Source: an uncultured Clostridium sp. (GTDB taxonomy: Bacteria > Bacillota > Clostridia > TANB77 > CAG-508). From it: a stretch of 64,000 bases of DNA. Under the pieces are notes generated by a model, which was given only the letters and a program-made list of their open reading frames with translations, was not told where the DNA came from and made no database searches. Position 1 is the stretch's first letter; each line of letters starts with the position of its first letter. The translations under genes and the position numbers were made by a program. Of this stretch, positions 50,366-60,030 are shown in pieces. Where the stretch lies: NCBI GenBank assembly GCA_948470875.1, contig CAOKQM010000004.1, positions 2,678-66,677 of the forward strand, given 5' to 3'.

Positions 50366-52100
50366 GACAATATCAAGAGTTTTAGAACTAGCAAAACCAC
50401 ATAAGAAAACAATTATTATTACTTCTTTATTATCATTATTGATTGGTATTGGAGAAATTATAAAACCATATTTATTAGAAGTGGCAATTGATGAATACAT
50501 AGCCAAAGGAATTTTTCAAAAAGGAAGTCTCACAGTTGCTATGATAGGTGCAATTTATATTGGAATTGTACTTTTGTCGAATGTAATTGATTTCATAACA
50601 ACCACAACCGTAAACATGATGGGGGAAGACGTTATCTATACTTTAAGAAATAAGTTATTTAAATTTACCCAAAATACAAATATAACGTTTCATGACAGGA
50701 CTTCTGCTGGCAAATTGTTTGTTCGAATTACGAATGATGTAGAAGATATCTCCACTTTATTTAAAGACATTGTGGCAACACTCATAAAAGACATCATTTT
50801 AATTATTGCAATTGCAGGAATTATATTGTATTTCAACTGGAAATTAGGAATGTTGTCATTTATAGTAGTTCCATTTATCATACTATTTTCTGTAACGTTG
50901 ACAACAATTTTAAATAAACAATATGATGTATCAAAAGTCATTCGAACAAACTTAAATACGTTTTTAGCTGAATCAATTTATGGTGCCAAAATTATAAAAG
51001 TGTTTAATATTCAAAGGGAAAAACAAAAAGAATGTGAAAATTTTACAAATGAATATTGCAAAGCAAGAGTTAAAACAGGATTTATAGAAGGCTTGTTACC
51101 AGCCTTAATGACAATTTTAGAAAATGTTGGTGTTGCAATTATTGTAGTTACTTGCACAAATCATATTTGGGGAATTCAATTAGAAGTTGGATTTATTTAT
51201 GCTTTTATTACTTACATCAAACAGATATTTGAACCAATTACAAGAATTATAGAAAATGTCGAAACTGTACAAGAAGCGCTTGTTTCTATTGATAAAATAT
51301 ATGATATTTTAGAACAAAAGCAATATTTAGAAAATTTTGATACAGGAATGAAACTTACAGAAGTTAAAGGAAAAATCGAATTTAAAAATGTATGGTTTTC
51401 CTATGATAATGGAGAAAATTGGATATTAAAAGATGTTAGTTTTACGATAAATCCAGGAGAGAGTGTCGCATTAGTTGGAAAGACAGGTTCTGGAAAAACA
51501 ACAATTACAAACTTAATCAACCGTTTTTATGATATCCAAAAAGGTGAAATTTTAATTGATGGAATTAACATAAAAGATATTAATTTAAGAAGTTTACGAA
51601 ATAATATAGGAATTATTTTACAAGATCCATTTATTTTTGCAAAAAGTATAAAAGATAATGTAAAATTGTATAAAAACTTAGAAGATGATGAAATTCGAGA
51701 AGCAATTGAATTGGCCTCAGCAGATGAATTTGTAAATTCTTTACCAGAAGGAATGGAGCATATTGCTAGTGAAAGAGGAAATTCTTATTCAGAAGGACAA
51801 AAACAATTAATCGCATTTGCGCGAGTATTTGCAAACAATCCTAATATATTTGTTTTAGATGAGGCAACAGCCAATATTGATACGTATACAGAAAGCTTAA
51901 TTCAAAAATCAATTGACAGATTATCTAAAAATAAAACCTCTATTTTTATTGCCCATCGATTATCAACCATTGTAAATGTTGATAAGATTATTGTGCTAAG
52001 TGCTGGAGAAATTGTAGAAGAAGGAAATCATGAGACTTTGCTTCAAACAGGTGGCTATTATTCAAAATTGTATAATGCTTATTATGAAAGTTTAGGGTAA
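50355..52100 (+). CDS. ABC exporter permease/ATPase subunit (MdlB-like)
   Basis: 581 aa with 6 TM helices. Walker A GKTGSGKT, degenerate signature YSEGQKQL, Walker B IFVLDEAT. Overlaps the upstream partner gene. Confidence 0.88.
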   Translation: MKNKTISRVLELAKPHKKTIIITSLLSLLIGIGEIIKPYLLEVAIDEYIAKGIFQKGSLTVAMIGAIYIGIVLLSNVIDFITTTTVNMMGEDVIYTLRNKLFKFTQNTNITFHDRTSAGKLFVRITNDVEDISTLFKDIVATLIKDIILIIAIAGIILYFNWKLGMLSFIVVPFIILFSVTLTTILNKQYDVSKVIRTNLNTFLAESIYGAKIIKVFNIQREKQKECENFTNEYCKARVKTGFIEGLLPALMTILENVGVAIIVVTCTNHIWGIQLEVGFIYAFITYIKQIFEPITRIIENVETVQEALVSIDKIYDILEQKQYLENFDTGMKLTEVKGKIEFKNVWFSYDNGENWILKDVSFTINPGESVALVGKTGSGKTTITNLINRFYDIQKGEILIDGINIKDINLRSLRNNIGIILQDPFIFAKSIKDNVKLYKNLEDDEIREAIELASADEFVNSLPEGMEHIASERGNSYSEGQKQLIAFARVFANNPNIFVLDEATANIDTYTESLIQKSIDRLSKNKTSIFIAHRLSTIVNVDKIIVLSAGEIVEEGNHETLLQTGGYYSKLYNAYYESLG

Positions 52101-52262
52101 TTTTTTAAAATAAATCAATTTTTAGAAATAGAATTTTAGTTTTTTTTGTAAAAAACTACTAAAAACAAGAAAAAAACTCATGGTAGTATTGATTTTTTTG
52201 CCAAAATGTTTTATAATAAATGTGTAATAGTATAAAATATTTTATAGTAAGGATGGTAAAAT

Positions 52263-55200
52263 ATGTTAAAAAGTAAATTTTTAAAAATAACAACAGCAAT
52301 GGCTTGTATAGCAACACTAATATTGCCACATACAAGTGTTGTATTTGCTGCGGCCTTAACCAATGAAAACCCAAATGATGTCAATAAAGTAAAACTAATA
52401 TCATCAGAATATCATGAAGGTGGACAAGAATCTAGCCAAAGTCTTTCAGAAGAAGGAAAAAATAATTATGATAAAAACCAATATGAATATTGGTTTGGTG
52501 CAGAAGGAGCAACTCCAATTCTAAAAATTGTTAGAGAAGATGATAAAAATTCAGATGGAGCCTATGAATTTTCAGATGCTTTTTATTGTTTAGATGGAAA
52601 CAATTCATTTCCTAGCATCGAAGGTTCAATCGAATATACAAGAACAATTCCAGATTTTTTTGATGAAAATCCATCAACTCTTGGACTAGATGATTCTAAT
52701 TATAATGCATTGTGTTGGCTTTTAGATAATATGTATCTACGAAAACAAATGACAGTAGAGCAACGAGCAGAGCAAAAAAATGCAATCATTGAAAATGCAT
52801 ATTCAGAATTATTAAATTCTGAATATGAAGATGCAACAACCATAGATGATATAAAAGCAAGAATCACAGATGATGATATCGAAGTCGTTCAGCAATGGGC
52901 TATTTGGTATTTTACCAATTATGGAGAAGAAACTTTACAACATGTACCATTTACCAATGATGAAAAAACCTTACCGAATATAGATTTAACTAATATCATG
53001 CAACAAACAGATAGCATGGAACAAACTAGATATAATTGGCTTACGACTTTGTATCAATATTTTGTAAATACTGCATTGGAGCATAAAAATGAAGAATATC
53101 TAGCAAGTTCATCAAAGTACCCAAGCATTGAAAATAAAAATGCAACTTGTGAATTAGAGGAAAATCATTATAAAATAGGACCTTTCAAGATAACAAAACC
53201 ATCCTCAAATTTGTCAAACAACGATTATCAAATTACTTTAACAGATGGAACAAAACCAATCCCCACGGATTCTTATACGATTAAGGATAAACAAGGAAAT
53301 GTTTTAACAGATGTGAATACTATTTTTGACACAGAATATTATATTTATTTGCCAGTTAGCGAAAACACAATTTCAGAGGTAAAACTAAAAGTAGCCTATA
53401 CAAAATCTGGAACAAAGGCGTCTGTTTGGCAAGCTGAGGATAGAACCTATCAGCCTTTGGTATTGATTACAAAAGGTGGAGAGCCAGTTGAAGATGAAAT
53501 AGTTATTCCAATTAAAGAAATAAATTACGATTTGGCTTTAAGAAAGTATATTGTTGGTGTGAATGATAAAGAAATAACAGACAGAATACCAGATATTGAT
53601 GTAACAGGTTTACAAAATAAAACAAGCACAACAGCAGAGTACAAACACAAAAAAACACCAGTAGAAGTACAAGTAGGAGATATTATTACTTACGAAATCG
53701 TAGTATATAACGAAGGAAATATAGAAGCAAGTGCTACAGAAATTGTAGATTATTTACCAGAAGGTTTGGAATTTATTGAAGATAATCAAACCAATAAAGA
53801 TTTTGGTTGGACAGCAAATGGAAATATTGTTACAACCAATAAAACTTCTAATATAGCAATTGCACCATTTAAGGATCGTCTAACAGGAGTTTCTGTTCGC
53901 ATTGTGTGTAGAGTAACAGAAGCGGCAAAGTCTGGTTCAATTTTGACCAATATTGCGGAAATCAAGTCAGATAATATAAAAGATAGAGATTCTACACCAA
54001 ATTCTTTGGAAGATAAAATAAATTCAATTGATAGACAGACACATAATCAACAATTTGAAGATGATGATGATTTCGAAAAATTAGTTGTTGCTGGAAAAGC
54101 ATTTGATTTAAGTTTGCAAAAATTTATTACGAAAATAAATCGAAAAGAATTATCACAAAGTAGACAACCAGTAGTCAATACAGCACCGCTAAAAAATGGT
54201 TCTACAAATGCGGAATATGCCACATCAAAAACACCAATTTTGGTGCAAAAAGGAGATATTGTAACTTATACCATAAGAGTCTATAATGAAGGGGAAGTAG
54301 ATGGTTATGCAGAAAGTATAGCAGATTATTTACCAGAAGGATTGGGCTATTTAGTAAATTATAATACCAATATAAATAATTATTGGGCACTTCCAACAGA
54401 TACAAATGTAAATACAATAAAATTAAGCACGATTACAAACGCAAATAAAAATTTAAAAGTAGAGGATTTTACAGGAATTACAGATTTAAACAATGTAGAT
54501 GTTGTGACAGGGAAAGTTAAATTGACTTCAACAGCCTTAAATTCAAGCAATTCGAATCATTTAATAAAAGCATTTGATGGTTCTGATAAATTATCATATA
54601 AAGATGTTGAGATTACTTGTGTTGTATTATCAGACAGTAATTTAAAAAATATTGCAGAAATCACAAAAAATGTAGATGCTAATAAAAATGAAGTTGTGGA
54701 TAGAGATTCGACTCCAGATACAGTGAATCCAGATAACTATCCAGGTGATGATCAAAATCAAGATGACCATGATTATGAATTATTAACAATGAAAAAATTT
54801 GACTTGGCATTACAAAAATTTATAACAGGACTAAATGATAAAGAAATTACAAATAGAATACCAAAAATTACGTATCAAGATAATAAGATTACTTATGAAC
54901 ATCCAGATACGCCATTAGAAGTAAATAATGGAGATGAAATAACCTATACTATTAGAGTGTATAATGAAGGTGAAATAGACGGTTATGCCGCTGAAATTGG
55001 AGATAATATTCCAAATGGATTAATATTTGAAACAGACAATGAAATCAATAAAAAATATGGCTGGAAAATGTATGATGCAAATGGAAAAGAAACAGCTGAT
55101 GTTAAAAAAGCAGTTGAAATAAGAACAGATTACTTGTCAAAAGAAAAATCAGAAGAAAGAAAGGAAAGTGCACTATTAAAAGCATTTGATACACAAAACG

Positions 55201-55997
55201 GAAATTTATTTTATTTAGATGTTAAAGTTGTATTTAAAGTAGATACCAAATCTTCTGATAGTGTGATTGTTAATATAGCAGAAATTACCAAAAATACAGA
55301 TTCAGATGGAAATGATATTGAAGATATTGATTCTACACCAAATAACAAAAAAGAAGGCGAAGATGATTTAGATAAAGAAAAAGTCCATGTAGGATATTTT
55401 GATTTAGCACTTCAAAAAGATTTAATCAAAGCCATTGTAACAGAAGGCAGTTCTACCAAAGAAATACCAACTGTAAATGGAGAATTAATGAAAGTGGAAA
55501 TTCATAGAAAAAAGGTAAATTCTACGATTGTTAAATTTGTTTATCATATCACAATAAAAAATGAAGGAACCATTGCAGGATATGCAAAAGAAATAAAAGA
55601 TTATATTCCACAAGGTTTGCAATTTGTAGAATCTGATAACAAAGGTTGGAAGGCTAATTCAGAAAATGTCATTACAACAGAAGCATTAGCTAATACATTG
55701 CTTCAGCCAGGTGAAACAGCAACTGTTGAAGTGGTTTTAAGATGGATTAATGGCGAAAGTAATTTAGGGCTAAAAACCAATGTTGCGGAAATAAGCAAAG
55801 ATTACAATGATGCAAATGATACAGATGATATCGATTCTACGCCAGACAACAAAAAAGAAGGCGAAGATGATATTGATGAAGCACCAGTTATTCTAAGTAT
55901 TTCAACAGGACGCGCTCCAATGTATATTATTTTGTCAACAACTGTTTTGACAATCATTAGTGCAGGTGTTATCATGATTAAGAAATATGTATTATAA
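52263..55997 (+). CDS. giant surface protein with tandem DUF11-type (conserved repeat domain) modules and a C-terminal TM anchor
   Basis: 1244 aa with a signal peptide. At least 4 modules of about 190 aa, each opening (Y/F)DLAL(R/Q)K and closing NIAEI...D.DSTP.N...(E/D)DD. Ends in a hydrophobic helix plus KKYVL, with no LPXTG. Confidence 0.75.
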   Translation: MLKSKFLKITTAMACIATLILPHTSVVFAAALTNENPNDVNKVKLISSEYHEGGQESSQSLSEEGKNNYDKNQYEYWFGAEGATPILKIVREDDKNSDGAYEFSDAFYCLDGNNSFPSIEGSIEYTRTIPDFFDENPSTLGLDDSNYNALCWLLDNMYLRKQMTVEQRAEQKNAIIENAYSELLNSEYEDATTIDDIKARITDDDIEVVQQWAIWYFTNYGEETLQHVPFTNDEKTLPNIDLTNIMQQTDSMEQTRYNWLTTLYQYFVNTALEHKNEEYLASSSKYPSIENKNATCELEENHYKIGPFKITKPSSNLSNNDYQITLTDGTKPIPTDSYTIKDKQGNVLTDVNTIFDTEYYIYLPVSENTISEVKLKVAYTKSGTKASVWQAEDRTYQPLVLITKGGEPVEDEIVIPIKEINYDLALRKYIVGVNDKEITDRIPDIDVTGLQNKTSTTAEYKHKKTPVEVQVGDIITYEIVVYNEGNIEASATEIVDYLPEGLEFIEDNQTNKDFGWTANGNIVTTNKTSNIAIAPFKDRLTGVSVRIVCRVTEAAKSGSILTNIAEIKSDNIKDRDSTPNSLEDKINSIDRQTHNQQFEDDDDFEKLVVAGKAFDLSLQKFITKINRKELSQSRQPVVNTAPLKNGSTNAEYATSKTPILVQKGDIVTYTIRVYNEGEVDGYAESIADYLPEGLGYLVNYNTNINNYWALPTDTNVNTIKLSTITNANKNLKVEDFTGITDLNNVDVVTGKVKLTSTALNSSNSNHLIKAFDGSDKLSYKDVEITCVVLSDSNLKNIAEITKNVDANKNEVVDRDSTPDTVNPDNYPGDDQNQDDHDYELLTMKKFDLALQKFITGLNDKEITNRIPKITYQDNKITYEHPDTPLEVNNGDEITYTIRVYNEGEIDGYAAEIGDNIPNGLIFETDNEINKKYGWKMYDANGKETADVKKAVEIRTDYLSKEKSEERKESALLKAFDTQNGNLFYLDVKVVFKVDTKSSDSVIVNIAEITKNTDSDGNDIEDIDSTPNNKKEGEDDLDKEKVHVGYFDLALQKDLIKAIVTEGSSTKEIPTVNGELMKVEIHRKKVNSTIVKFVYHITIKNEGTIAGYAKEIKDYIPQGLQFVESDNKGWKANSENVITTEALANTLLQPGETATVEVVLRWINGESNLGLKTNVAEISKDYNDANDTDDIDSTPDNKKEGEDDIDEAPVILSISTGRAPMYIILSTTVLTIISAGVIMIKKYVL

Positions 55998-56044
55998 TAG
56001 AAATCAAATGAAAATAAGAAAGTAATTTGATGACAAAATAAAAG

Positions 56045-56075
56045 AAACTCCATAGGTTTTGCCTATGGAGTTTTT
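56045..56075 (+). terminator. intrinsic terminator after the giant surface protein gene
   Basis: AAACTCCATAGG / CCTATGGAGTTT 12-bp stem followed by TT. Confidence 0.75.
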
Positions 56076-56378
56076 GTGTGGAAAGCTTTTGTGAGTTAAC
56101 ATATAATTTTATTTTGTAAAATGAGCATAATAAAATTATAGTTTGTTGTAAATAAAATGTTTTTATTGGAAAAAAATGCTTTGTCGAAAATTTAGTAAAA
56201 GAGGTAAGAAAATGTTGAAGTTTTCAATAAAAACAGGAACTTTACAAAAGTAAAACATAGGAAAATAGATAGTGAAAAAAGGCTAAAATAAGGCATTTTT
56301 AAAAAAAATTAAAAAGTAATTTACATTAAAAAAGCAATATGTTATAATAAGGATAAATGTTAAAATAGAGGTGAAAAA

Positions 56379-57446
56379 ATGAATCAGATTTTAGATTATA
56401 ATCCAAATAGTAATTTTAATAAATCAAGTGGCTCGGATAAAATTGTTCGAGTATTTGCTATCATATTGATGATATTTGCTATTGTTTTGATAGCAGTTGT
56501 TGGGTATGGAATGTACAAAAATAAAAAAGAAGTAAACACAGCTCAAACGGAGCAAACCAAGGCAAACATTGCTGTTGAAATAAAGGAAAAACAAGCAACC
56601 ATTAAAGTTACACACGACAAAAATATTCAAAAGCTGATTTATAGTTGGAATACAAAATCTGAGCGAACAATACCTGGTTCTAGCAAATATATGGAAGAAA
56701 CAATTGATGTTCCATTTGGAGATAATACTCTACATATAAAAGTGATTGACGCAAATGGATTTGAAACGACACATGATGAGCAAATTTCTTCTGAAGAAGG
56801 CGCAGATTTAATTAATCCAGTCATTGAATTATCACCATCAGAAAATGAAGCTAATAAATGGAAAATAAAAGCAACAGATGAAACAGCTTTGAATTTTATT
56901 ACCTATCGCTGGAATGAAGGTGAAGAAGAGACAGTTTACGCAGATGAAGGAAGCAAAGAACTTGAAACAGAAATAGAAATTTTAAAAGGAAAAAATGATT
57001 TAACAGTTGTTGCAGTTGACACAAGTAACAATGTTACAACAGAAATGAAAAGCTTTACAGGCCTTACTAAGCCAGTCGTGACAGTAACGTTATCAGAAGA
57101 TGGAAGTAGCATTAATATTAAAGCAACTCATGAAAATGGAATTGAGTCAATTGGTTTTAATTTTAATAATCAAGAATTAGGGATTGATATAGGAAATGAT
57201 AATCCTACAATTGCGCAATTTTCGAAAGATTTAGATGTTGGTTATAATCGAATTATTTTAACAGTAAAAAGTGTTGATGGCACAGAAACAAAATTTGATG
57301 GAGAATGTACGTATGGAAATACAGGAAGCGACTCTTCAGAAAATACAAATAATACAAATAATGCAACTAACACAACCAATACAACACAAGAACCAACCAA
57401 CGAAACTGAAACTACAGATGAAAATGAAAACCAAGAACAAGAATAA
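56379..57446 (+). CDS. membrane-anchored surface protein with Ig-like repeats and an Asn/Thr/Glu-rich tail
   Basis: 355 aa with an N-terminal TM helix. Repeated modules of about 90 aa (..I.V.A.D.....T). The tail reads NTNNTNNATNTTNTTQEPTNETE. Confidence 0.5.
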   Translation: MNQILDYNPNSNFNKSSGSDKIVRVFAIILMIFAIVLIAVVGYGMYKNKKEVNTAQTEQTKANIAVEIKEKQATIKVTHDKNIQKLIYSWNTKSERTIPGSSKYMEETIDVPFGDNTLHIKVIDANGFETTHDEQISSEEGADLINPVIELSPSENEANKWKIKATDETALNFITYRWNEGEEETVYADEGSKELETEIEILKGKNDLTVVAVDTSNNVTTEMKSFTGLTKPVVTVTLSEDGSSINIKATHENGIESIGFNFNNQELGIDIGNDNPTIAQFSKDLDVGYNRIILTVKSVDGTETKFDGECTYGNTGSDSSENTNNTNNATNTTNTTQEPTNETETTDENENQEQE

Positions 57447-57479
57447 ATACACAACAGAAAAGTAGAATAAGGAGAACAA

Positions 57480-58418
57480 ATGATACAAGATATTTATGTC
57501 ATAGACGATAAAGGCGAGTTAGTGAAAATACTAAACAATTTATTTAATGATATGCCCAAATATAGATTTATAAATGTCCGAGCAGAAGAATTAGAACTGG
57601 CATTGAAAAATATTCCATCTTTGATTATTATTGATGAAGATAACACAAATGTTGACATTGTCCAAATTTGTAATACGATTAGGAAAGATGACAATAATAG
57701 CATTACACCAGTTGCAGTTGTTAGTTCTATTTTTAATAAAAAACATAGAATAGAGGTTTTGCAGACATCAGTTCAATATTACATTAAAAAACCAATTGAT
57801 AAACAATATTTGTATTACACTGTAAAAAACATCATTGATTTATTGTATACTAATCGAAGAATCAGTCCACTAACAGGGCTTCCTGGAAATGTGCAAATAC
57901 AAGCAGAAATGAAAAAAAGATTATTACATCAACAAATATTTGCGATTTTGTATTTAGATTTGGATAATTTTAAAGCATATAATGATGTGTATGGTTTTTC
58001 TAGTGGAGACGAAATTATAAAATTTACAGCAAAAGTAATTTCTAAGTATATTCATAACATAGAAAAAAGCGACAATTTTGTAGGGCATATTGGTGGAGAC
58101 GATTTTGTTGCTATTGTTAGTAAAACAGATTATGATAAAATTTGTCAAGAAATCATTATAGAGTTTGATAGAGGTGTGGAAAATTTTTATAGCAAAAAAG
58201 ATGTAGCAAAAGGATTTATAGAAACTGAAAATAGAAGAGGTATCATAGAACAATTTCCACTTACTACAATTTCAATAGCAGTAGTTGAAGTGGACCCCAT
58301 TATTTTTAAATCTCCATTGGAAATTGGGGAAGTTGGCGCACAAGTAAAACATAAAGCAAAATCAATTATGGGAAGTGCTTATGTTATTAATAAAAGAAAA
58401 AGTCAAGATGGAAGCTAA
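57480..58418 (+). CDS. response-regulator receiver fused to a GGDEF-type domain (motif reads GGDDF)
   Basis: REC residues are present (VIDD, IIIDED, VVSS, KKP). The cyclase-like core reads LTGLPGN...DLDNFKAYNDVYGFSSGDE...GHIGGDDFVAIV. Confidence 0.7.
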   Translation: MIQDIYVIDDKGELVKILNNLFNDMPKYRFINVRAEELELALKNIPSLIIIDEDNTNVDIVQICNTIRKDDNNSITPVAVVSSIFNKKHRIEVLQTSVQYYIKKPIDKQYLYYTVKNIIDLLYTNRRISPLTGLPGNVQIQAEMKKRLLHQQIFAILYLDLDNFKAYNDVYGFSSGDEIIKFTAKVISKYIHNIEKSDNFVGHIGGDDFVAIVSKTDYDKICQEIIIEFDRGVENFYSKKDVAKGFIETENRRGIIEQFPLTTISIAVVEVDPIIFKSPLEIGEVGAQVKHKAKSIMGSAYVINKRKSQDGS

Positions 58419-58591
58419 GGCACTTTGTTTTGGGCAAAACAAGTGTCTTAAAAAATGTCATAAATCAAGAAATCATTCATAATATATAAAAAGGGGATTC
58501 GAAAAAATAATATTTCATTTTAAAATTTGATTGACAAAAATTGATTTTAATAATATAATCAGAATGTCACTTGAAAAGGAGGGACAAATTT

Positions 58592-59551
58592 ATGAAAACA
58601 GATGAACAATTATCGATTAGGATAATTCGTAAAATTGCTTTCGTAAGTATTATATTTGTTTGTATATTTGCTATTGGTGTTATGGCAGTAAAATCAGAAG
58701 TGAATTCGATTAAAATTGTTTTTGCAGATGATTGTGAAACAACCGTGATGACTTCTAAAACAGTAGTTTCAGAAATATTAGAAGAAAATCATATAATGCT
58801 TGAAGCAGATGAAGTTGTTTATCCTGCTTTAAATTCGCCGATTGATTTAACCAAAACGATAACCATTAGTAAAGCGACAGCGGAAAAGAAAATTATTTCA
58901 GAAGAAATAGAAAGTGTATCGACAGAAGAAATTTTAGGAAATTATGTAACAATAACCGAAAAAATAGTAGTAGAACAAATTGAAATACCTTATGAAACAA
59001 TCACAAAAGATGTTTCTTCTTCAGGAACAGACACCACAAACAAGGTTTTACAAGAAGGAGAAAATGGGCTAAAAGAAGTAAAATATAAAATTAAGATACA
59101 AAATGATGTAGAAATCGATAAACAGATGATTTCAGAAACAGTCATAAAACAACCAGTTGATAAAATCATTCAAATATCTACAAAAATCGTTGCTAGATCT
59201 TCTGGAAGTAGATATTCAAGTGGAACAATTGCAGCAAGTGTAGAAGGAAAAACACCATCCGTTGTTACATTAAATACATCAGCTTATTGTGCAGCTTCTT
59301 GTGGCGGAAACACAAGAACAGCTAGTGGAGCAACAGCTTCAGCTTGGTATACAGTAGCTGCAGGAAAAGGATATCCAGCAGGAACTGTCATTTATATTCC
59401 ATATTTTGCGAATAAACCAAATGGAGGTTGGTTTGTTGTTCAAGATACAGGTGGTGCAATTACAAATCGCCATTTAGATGTATGGATGGATTCAATGGCA
59501 GAATGTATTAGTTTTGGTAGAAGAAATTTAGAATGTCATATATATCAATAA
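58592..59551 (+). CDS. DUF348-G5-3D domain cell-wall protein (YabE/RpfB-like)
   Basis: TM anchor, DUF348-like repeat, G5 module (VLQEGENGLKEV.YKI), and a C-terminal 3D domain (VQDTGGAI....LDVWMDS). ATG 58592 follows AAGGAGGG. Confidence 0.75.
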   Translation: MKTDEQLSIRIIRKIAFVSIIFVCIFAIGVMAVKSEVNSIKIVFADDCETTVMTSKTVVSEILEENHIMLEADEVVYPALNSPIDLTKTITISKATAEKKIISEEIESVSTEEILGNYVTITEKIVVEQIEIPYETITKDVSSSGTDTTNKVLQEGENGLKEVKYKIKIQNDVEIDKQMISETVIKQPVDKIIQISTKIVARSSGSRYSSGTIAASVEGKTPSVVTLNTSAYCAASCGGNTRTASGATASAWYTVAAGKGYPAGTVIYIPYFANKPNGGWFVVQDTGGAITNRHLDVWMDSMAECISFGRRNLECHIYQ

Positions 59552-59558
59552 AAAGAAA

Positions 59559-59590
59559 AACAGATTGTGTGAAAAGCAATCTGTTTTTTT
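59559..59590 (+). terminator. intrinsic terminator after the 3D-domain gene
   Basis: AACAGATTG / CAATCTGTT stem followed by TTTTT. Confidence 0.7.
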
Positions 59591-60030
59591 GTAATAAATT
59601 TCATACAAGGACTTTGCAAGTAATTTACGTTTGACAGTTAAGAAATTTTGCTTTATTACATACTTGGAAATATCTGTGAAATTCCTATTTAGCTTGTCAA
59701 TTTGGCGCAAGAACAATATGCAGACAATTTAGTAAAATTTTGTTTTTTGCAGATTATAGATTGTCTGCTTTGTTTTATAACAAAAAAGTTTTATGAAAAA
59801 TCTTCCAAATTAGCCATTCCCTAGGAGAAACTTGTTTCGTAACTGAAAATGTAACCAAAAAGATATATTTGCTTAAAAAAAACCTAAAATATGCGAAATC
59901 CCTAGGAAGGACGTTTTGAAAAAGTGGCTTAAAATCAACGTTTTCCAGTTTTTGACTATTGACATAGAGCCAAAAAAAAGGTTTAATTAAAGATAGAAAA
60001 AAGTATTTTTAAACTTATGGGAGGAAACAT

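Noticed and set aside
52159-52374. 71-aa minus-strand ORF overlapping the start of the giant surface protein gene
   Set aside because: No RBS. It overlaps the promoter and signal-peptide region of a strongly supported gene.
59591-60030. c-di-GMP or other known riboswitch upstream of the surface protein gene
   Set aside because: I could not find the conserved cores (for example the GEMM-type GCAAA/GGCAAACC...GACGCAAAGCC elements). Only generic repeats are present.
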